Source: Catajapyx aquilonaris (taxonomy: Eukaryota). From it: a DNA stretch of 58,102 bases. Every line of letters begins with the position of its first letter. The stretch's first letter is position 1. Shown piece by piece: positions 51,401-58,102 of the stretch. Both the position numbers and the translations under genes were made by a program. The stretch spans positions 1 to 58,102 of the forward strand of contig JYFJ02002379.1 in NCBI GenBank assembly GCA_000934665.2, read 5' to 3'. Below the pieces are notes generated by a model. That model had not been told where the DNA came from. It ran no database searches and was given only the letters and a program-made list of their open reading frames with translations.

Positions 51401-54400
51401 ATTATATTTTAAACTGTACTCACATCCCAAAATGATATTAACTTGTGAGCATAAGCAAAGTACTGTACATAGAGTGGAGGAAGGTCATGTTACCCAAATC
51501 CCACATTGCAACAGACACATGCAAATATTATGCCACTTGAAAAACTGATAATTTACATTCCTGATGTACCAGTTTAGATTTGGGTTTTCTTGTCACGATC
51601 ATCATTATTTGTAGCCATCAAGCTCCTTATAATATGAACTCAGTAAAAGCCTTCACTGCATTTCAACAGTGGATAAATTGAAATGTCATAATATCCCTGG
51701 TTCATTTTAGATCTTCGTCTGCATCCCCAACTCGGAGAAGCACCCGTGGAGCTGCAGGGCTCCGTGGTGGGCGTGGCATCACTGCCAATCTGGGTCGCCT
51801 AAACCTAAACAAGCCTCACTCAGAGGTATGTCTACATACTTTTAAACTTCTGATTTACACTCTTTGCATGACTTTATGTTTATAGATCCGCATGTTTGAT
51901 CTCCATCCTGGCATGGAACTAATTCCAGTTAACCCAATCACACTCAGACCGACTAAGTCTGCAGTTCAGGTGGGGATGTTTTTGCAACTAATAAGCTACC
52001 ACATTATGCGATGCTTTCAATGTTTGCAAATTGTAGGCACTGCAGGAGCTGTGCAATAAGAACAACTGGGGGGATCCAGTTTACGAGCTGCATTCAACAT
52101 ACCAGCGGGATCACTCTGGCAGTGATAACAACTTGCATCTGTTTCTTTACAAAGTAACTAAGCTTGTAATTAAGCTTGTTGAGAGTTAGGGCAAGTTGTT
52201 CACAAATTGCGGTAAATTGCCTACTACAGTATAATCATCTCAGAACTTTGTTAGCATTTTGGTATCCCCCATAATTTTGAGGCACTCAGATGAAGAATGG
52301 CATATCCCAACAGACCTCCAATTTTGAGTTTGTAGGTTGCTGTTGTACTCTCCTTCCATCTACCTTTCATGTGCTGAAGTACCAAATGAATTGGGACATG
52401 TCAAAGCTCACATATTCCACTTGTAAAATTTGTCCGTAACTGTAGCTGCATGGTAAAGCAAAACACAAAAAGCCACGTTTCTCAAAACGAACTCCGGTTG
52501 GGATATCCCGTTCTTCCTTTGAGTGCCTCAATTATGTGCCATTCAACCTGGCAATCTGCTGCTTTTAGTGGACAACTATTCCTTGACTAACACATGATGC
52601 TATGACCAGAAGCATGAATAATGTGCATGAATCCAAATAACCAAAGGCGGGATACTTTCAGGTGACCCTCCCTCGCTGTATGTCCCCATTCAATGTCTTC
52701 CAGCCAACAAAGTTGTGCAGCCAAGTGGAAGCTGCCAAGAACTATGCAGCCCAGCACACCCTCACACAGCTTGGTGTTACTGAAGGTACAGGTGCCACAC
52801 CCCCTGGCTCACCTATGGAGCTCTGTGTCAGTGGATCCTTTGTTGTCCCACCACAAGGTGTGTGCTGTTATGCTTTACATGTGCTAGGAGTGTTACTGTT
52901 CCGCATTTACATGTTTGCAGCTCAAAGTATCACCATGTGCTATTCACTATTAATACAATGGTAATTCTTTGGTTAGATAGTACTATCTTCTCCGTAATAA
53001 ATGTAACGTACAATTTATTGTACAGTACCCATGTAAACAGTTGCTAATTACAACTGGAAAGGGATATTTGCACCACAAATACAAATGCAAGTGGTGTTGA
53101 ATGGCAGTTACTCCATTCCATATGATGGGAGGAGATAATTAAAATTGCACAACTAATGATATTCGAAGAGTGAGAGTAATGGCAGTTTAAACTACTGCCT
53201 TGAAATATACTGCATAGTGCATGCAGTACATTACGTATATTCAACTACATAATTATAGGGTGTTACTATGCCCAAGGAAATAGTGTAGGAGGGAATACAG
53301 TAGCAAAATTGAGAGATGCAAACCAAGTCAGCAGCCATTGTGCACTTGCATATTGTTTGATTGTTGCAAAAAAAAAAAACCGTCTGAGATGTATATTTTT
53401 TTTTGTGCCTGACAATGTAGGTATGTGAGCAGTGGATGATTTACTTCTTTATCAATTTACAAAATATTTGTTTGGAACTATCAAACATATGTAACAGCAT
53501 TGCAAGATGGCAACTTTGTTTTTATCACCAGGGTTGACTAGTTCATCAATTCTCCCACTGTGCCCCTTCTCCAACTGCTTCCATGGGAAAAGTAAAACAC
53601 ACTATGTGGTACTGATATACTCAATATATAAAATAGAATTTCAATGAGCCTAATGTCAATTTTTAAAGGATATGTTCAGGAAAGGTCAACAATTGGCCAG
53701 TTCTGATTTGTAGGGCAGATCCCAGTCTTGATCAAAGAGTTATCTTCCAGAAAAATTACATTCTGGCTATTCTAAAGACAAGATGCATTACCATCTGTAT
53801 GGAAAATAGAATTTATGTTGCTTTGAGAAAATATTTTTAATCGTAAATTAAATTTTTTTATAAAATTTTGACCAAACTGTTGATTATGGTCAAGCAGTAC
53901 TGCTATTTAGTAGTGTGATGCATTATCATTGCCTAAAAACGAAGACAATTTGCCTTGCAGGCCTTGCAAGACCTCACTTAAAAATGTGATGTCTTTACTC
54001 CAATGCTCAGGAGAAGCATTCTGGTGTGTTAATCTGCCTATAAAAACATATGCAATTTGTTTTACAGCAAATCTTATGAAACATTGCAACATGATCTGCC
54101 TTCATCCATTGACATAAATATAATATGTTGTGATTTTGAGCTGAAACTTATGCTTTGGTATTTGTGCATGTGTGGTGTCCTCAGGCTTTAGCTCGCCCAT
54201 CCATAGCAACTCACTAGTTCCATCAGAGCCAAGCTCACCTGATAGTGGGATAAGCTTGGCATCTGCAAGTGCCAATGGGATGAAGCAGCGCTCGGTGCTA
54301 ATAACTACAGAGGACGTACCCAACCCACCAGCAAAGGAGAAGCGATTCCAAAAGAAGAACTGGAAGGGCCGAGAACTGCAAAAGAGGGAAGTACCCCCAA

Positions 54401-56819
54401 GGTTCCAGAACCAGCCAACACTGGGCTATCACCCTGTGACCTGCCCTCCTCCTCTGCCATTCAACGTTGGGCCTGCATACTACAATTCCCCACAACAGGC
54501 TTACATGTATAATCCACACACCAACTCTATCATATTGGTGCCTGGAGCAATACGTAAGAGGCTTCAGCTTTTTGCATGTTGATTTGTAGATTGCTAGATT
54601 CACTGGGTGCTGCCCATTTACAAGTTAGTGAAGATCTGTGCAATCTGAGTGAATAGTCACTTACACTCTCAGGTAATAACTGTTAGCATGAGTAAGTTTG
54701 AATATTTCTTTTGGACAGTTATTATGAATAATCATGAGCAATCATAATAATATATACTGTCAGCACGGAAATGGTCCAGACACTTGTCAATGTCAGCCTA
54801 CTCCCAAGTGTACGCACCATTTCCTTGCCGATAGCATATTTGAAAGAGTATGGGCAAACTCATTGGTGCAATCAGATGCAACATTGCAAAACCTTATAAG
54901 AAGAGAACAGATTTCTAGGTTCTAAAAAACCCTCAAATAGGCAGGCATTTAGGTCCTAAAAACAGTTAAAATAGGCGCTTAAATAGGCACTAAAAATCAA
55001 GCAGGTCTTGTAGCAGTACTATACTCATTTTCATTTTGTTTGGTTAGGTTAGGTTAGGGTTGCATTACCTGCTTGCTAATTTATTTTCAGTCCCATGCAG
55101 CCTACTCTTGGCCATGTAATTTTGCAACACAGTATCAAATCAGCAGTTGTTCCATATTTAAGTTGCTTTTTTTATTTTTATTATTTGTCGGTGATGTCTG
55201 TGTGACAGTACATCTTTATACGCTGAAAATGACCTTTCGATGTTACACAAAACAACTAGATCATTCTTGAAAAGTTAAATGTCTTGTAGAGTCAGTAAAG
55301 TTCATCTGGCATGTCGATAGGCTACAGCTTCTTCGCCATTCACAGGTTGAAGTTGGAGGGATGACTTGAATGGAGAACACATAAATACATATTATGAAAA
55401 GGCATCAAAAAGGCGTAAATAGGTGAAAATAGGTGCTAATAGGCCATTTAGGACCCAACATCCGAAATAGGCCATTTTAGGTTTTATAAAACTACGATTT
55501 TTGAGGTCCTTGTGTTATGAAACCGATAGATATTTTGATTCTGGTGTTCTGCCTACAAAATAAAAAGTAGGTAAAAACCTAAAAATCCGTACTTTGCTTA
55601 TAAGTGTTGTGTCTGTCGCCTAATTCTATTGAACTTAATTAGTTGTTATTAATATGTTGATTATGGTGTCAAATTTCAGTCTGCTACATTGCCATGATTT
55701 TCATAAACTTCCAAAAGTAACATGGATATCTCAGAAAAGCCCAGATAATTCAGCAGTCAGAAGTATTTATTGCAAAGTTGGTTTAGATTTGAAAGCTTAT
55801 GTTTCATAAGTTAGCCTACCACTGGTTGTGGGCACTCATTTCCACCAGCTCCAGACACTTCAACTTGAATTTTAGCAGTGAGTTACACCCATGCTTGGAA
55901 TGCCCATTTAATAGAACTTTCAATGTCATGTGATTCAACTCAAAACACACCAGGGCCAGTGAAAATTAGTATCCACAAGATTCTTACAAATATGGATGTG
56001 ACATGTGAGCTAACTTATGAAACACAGTATATGCAAGTTCAGTAAAACTACTGTGCTTTTGGTAATCAGTGCCATTTTGCCATAACCTCAGGTGGCAAAA
56101 AATGAGTTAATTATGAAATAATTCATATGTTAAATTTCTTTTAGATATTTTCAGAGACTTGCAAAATCAACTTTTCTTCTGTGGGAATTTATGTTGGCAT
56201 AGCCCTGCTTGAAGATGTAGGGTTGGTTCATTGATACTCATTTCACTACAATTCAAGTTAATACCAGTGAAAATATGATGAAAAACAAACCCACTGTTTT
56301 TACATGTGCCAGATTGTGTGTCAATTAGATGAAATCTGTTATCGTAGATTATTATTTACATATTTTCTAACATATCCTGAAACTCTCCCAAATGCTTGCT
56401 TCTCTCATGTGGCTTATTTTGCTTATTATTTCGTCTGTGTTGCATATGCCTGGGCATGTAAATCTGAGTGTTGTTTCACTGTACTCAGGATGCAAGACAT
56501 GTGATGATGTGTATAATCATAATTATGTGAATGGACACTTTCAGCACTAGCACTATCCAAGGGGTAAGTCACTCAGGAAGTTCATTATGCACTTTTTTTT
56601 GGATGTCCTGACTTTGTCTGACTGTATATCCATGAAAAGTCCCAGCAGACTAACTTGAGTCTGCCATCACATACTCAAACTTGCAGTGACTCACCTCTTG
56701 GCACATCTACCAGCACGCTAAATTTTCTGTGCATTTTCTTTGCAGCAATTGACCAAACATACTACCAAGGTGCTGCTGCCTATCAGGTGCCACCCCCGCA
56801 CCAAGGAACCCTGTATTAG
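48450..56819 (+). CDS. A1CF: APOBEC1 complementation factor-like RNA-binding protein (A1CF/RBM47/RBM46 family; 3 RRMs + RGG + dsRBD-like domain), ~712 aa
   Basis: Exons 48450-48677, 49391-49978, 50493-50670, 50791-50980, 51711-51825, 51886-51969, 52037-52153, 52662-52857, 54185-54553, 56746-56819; total 2139 nt, phases consistent. Hallmarks: [77 protein letters not shown] and [19 protein letters not shown]...FLYKVTLP...[14 protein letters not shown], the last two being A1CF-like. The final exon is less certain; read-through of the 54554 donor stops at 54582. Confidence 0.9.
48925..49280 (-). mobile_element. tRNA-derived SINE, family C, in the first coding-region intron of the A1CF-like gene
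   Basis: Minus strand reads GGGGAGGTGTGGTGGCCGAGATGGTAA (A-box) ... GGTTCGATCCC (B-box) with an (AAAT)n-like tail. TSD acataaa(c/t)tgca at 48911 and 49281. Confidence 0.85.
51080..51235. mobile_element. piggyBac-type MITE (TTAA TSD, CCCT...AGGG ends)
   Basis: TTAA at 51076-51079 and 51236-51239. Long TIRs ccctgtaatgcc...tgggtcatatctggcacaccatttagtgcaattt, with a small insertion/duplication in the left TIR. Confidence 0.85.
52275..52533. mobile_element. MITE with degenerate ~35-bp TIRs
   Basis: ttgaggcactcagatgaagaatggcatatcccaac versus the reverse complement of gttgggatatcccgttcttcctttgagtgcctcaa. Confidence 0.7.
54901..55596 (-). mobile_element. hAT-superfamily deletion derivative with a transposase dimerisation-domain relic
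   Basis: 8-bp TSD CTTATAAG at 54893-54900 and 55597-55604. Imperfect TIRs (aagagaacagatttctaggtt / caaagtacggatttttaggtt) and subterminal AATAGGC repeats at both ends. The minus frame at ~55275-55185 reads [27 protein letters not shown], like the hAT C-terminal FKYAPxxSCDVERSFSxYKxxLSDRR, with stops upstream. Confidence 0.85.
55800..56029. mobile_element. Probable Tc1/mariner-type MITE
   Basis: 16-bp perfect inverted repeat tgtttcataagttagc (55800-55815) / gctaacttatgaaaca (56009-56024); the right end continues cag-TA. Confidence 0.55.
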
Positions 56820-58102
56820 GCATCTGTGGATTGCTCTCCGTAGATCAGTCTCCAGGTCTCATAGGGTAATTTCTTTTCTAGGCACCTTTTCTTTACACAT
56901 ATACCCAATCTATATACATATTTTCCACAAGTTACTTAACTGAAAGCCATTTTGGGCATCGCTGGCTCTACTAGCACTCTACATGTACGATGTACGTTTG
57001 CAAGCTTTTAAAACCTGCCATACATGTTTTACTTATCAATTGCCATGCAACGTCGCAATTTTAAGAACGTTTCTTTGTCCCCAATGGCTTACAGCATCAA
57101 ACTGCAGTTGTACCACCTCTCTCTCTCTTGTCCTCCCCTCCCCCCCACTTTTATTATTTAGTATAGTTAGGCCATTTCAACAAATGCCTGTGAATACTCA
57201 CATGGCTGAGGCAACTTGGAATCATATGAATAAAGGCTTTCATCCCTTTCTGTTGTAGCAATGCTGGAGGGTACTTCCAAAATCCTCCTCTAAACATATG
57301 TGACTTGCTACTGCGGTTTGTTGAAATATGAAGTATTTTGAAATGTTTTGCATTAACTGCTTACATGTCTATTTATTTGGAGGCAAGATCTGGTTTGATG
57401 ATGGAAAAATACGAAATCCAGTTGAAATGTCAAATTAACAATAACTGGTATTGAGAAATGAAATGGAAGAGTAATAATGTGGCATGGATGATCTTTAAAA
57501 AAAAATTACGAAGGGGATATATTTACTGACATATGGTAATGTGTTTATAGTAATGCATTCTTTCCATGATGATTCCTGAGCATATGATTATGTTCAAATC
57601 CACCAAATAACAGCGCAATCAAGTGGTGGTTGACTTTTTATTTAAACATAATGTGCCACGTGAATGTTGAAATGGCCCTTAATGGTTTTAATTTTTAATC
57701 CTATACTAGAATTAGTGACTGACTCATTTTTATTTGTAAAGGAGTATATTTTGACACTGTGAATATAATCCAGGAGATGCATATCAATGCTGGTGCTTAC
57801 TGTTACAATTGGTGCAACGAAAGGCAGGCTGTGCATTATTAAGTAAAAATGGTCAGATGAAATATAATATATATATGTATACAGTTAAACTCATGTTAGT
57901 TTAAGATATATTGTCACTGTATCTTGTACCGGCTAGTCCCAGTAGTGATGGAATAAAAAAAAGTCATGTGATAATTTCATGCAATGATCAATAGTAGATT
58001 TATAAATATTAGAAAAAAAATTATAATGCAGAGTATGTCGCGTCAAATGTTGATAACCTTGCAGGCAATATTTTTGGCCAGGTATGATCCAGTTGTGTAA
58101 CT

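Overview
Eukaryotic (invertebrate animal, probably arthropod-like) AT-rich genomic DNA with spliceosomal GT-AG introns. No rRNA, intact tRNA, CRISPR array or operon was seen, and most ORF-track entries are spurious. Three complete + strand genes can be assembled by hand from splice signals with consistent phases: a NUDT5-like ADP-ribose pyrophosphatase (30288-36094, 6 exons, 284 aa), an uncharacterised multi-pass Trp-rich membrane protein (42805-45398, 5 exons, 345 aa) and an A1CF/RBM47/RBM46-family RNA-binding protein (48450-56819, 10 exons, 712 aa). The left ~29 kb appears to be the 5' end of a large minus-strand gene, transcribed divergently from NUDT5: 5'UTR exons, a ~24 kb intron, and a first coding exon encoding a signal-peptide-like start at 2012-1964. 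The window carries many non-autonomous mobile elements: three tRNA-headed SINE types, a Helitron, a hAT derivative with a transposase relic, a piggyBac-type MITE and other MITEs. It also has several tandem arrays and a 231-bp perfect palindrome. The most unusual observations are a tail-less SINE family with 30-45 bp target duplications, AAGGTA (5' splice-site-like) arrays all oriented antisense to the host intron, candidate recursive splice sites, a spliced 90-codon uORF whose stop overlaps the membrane-protein start, and a REVPPRF motif in the A1CF-like C-terminal tail. All calls are by eye and no database searches were run.
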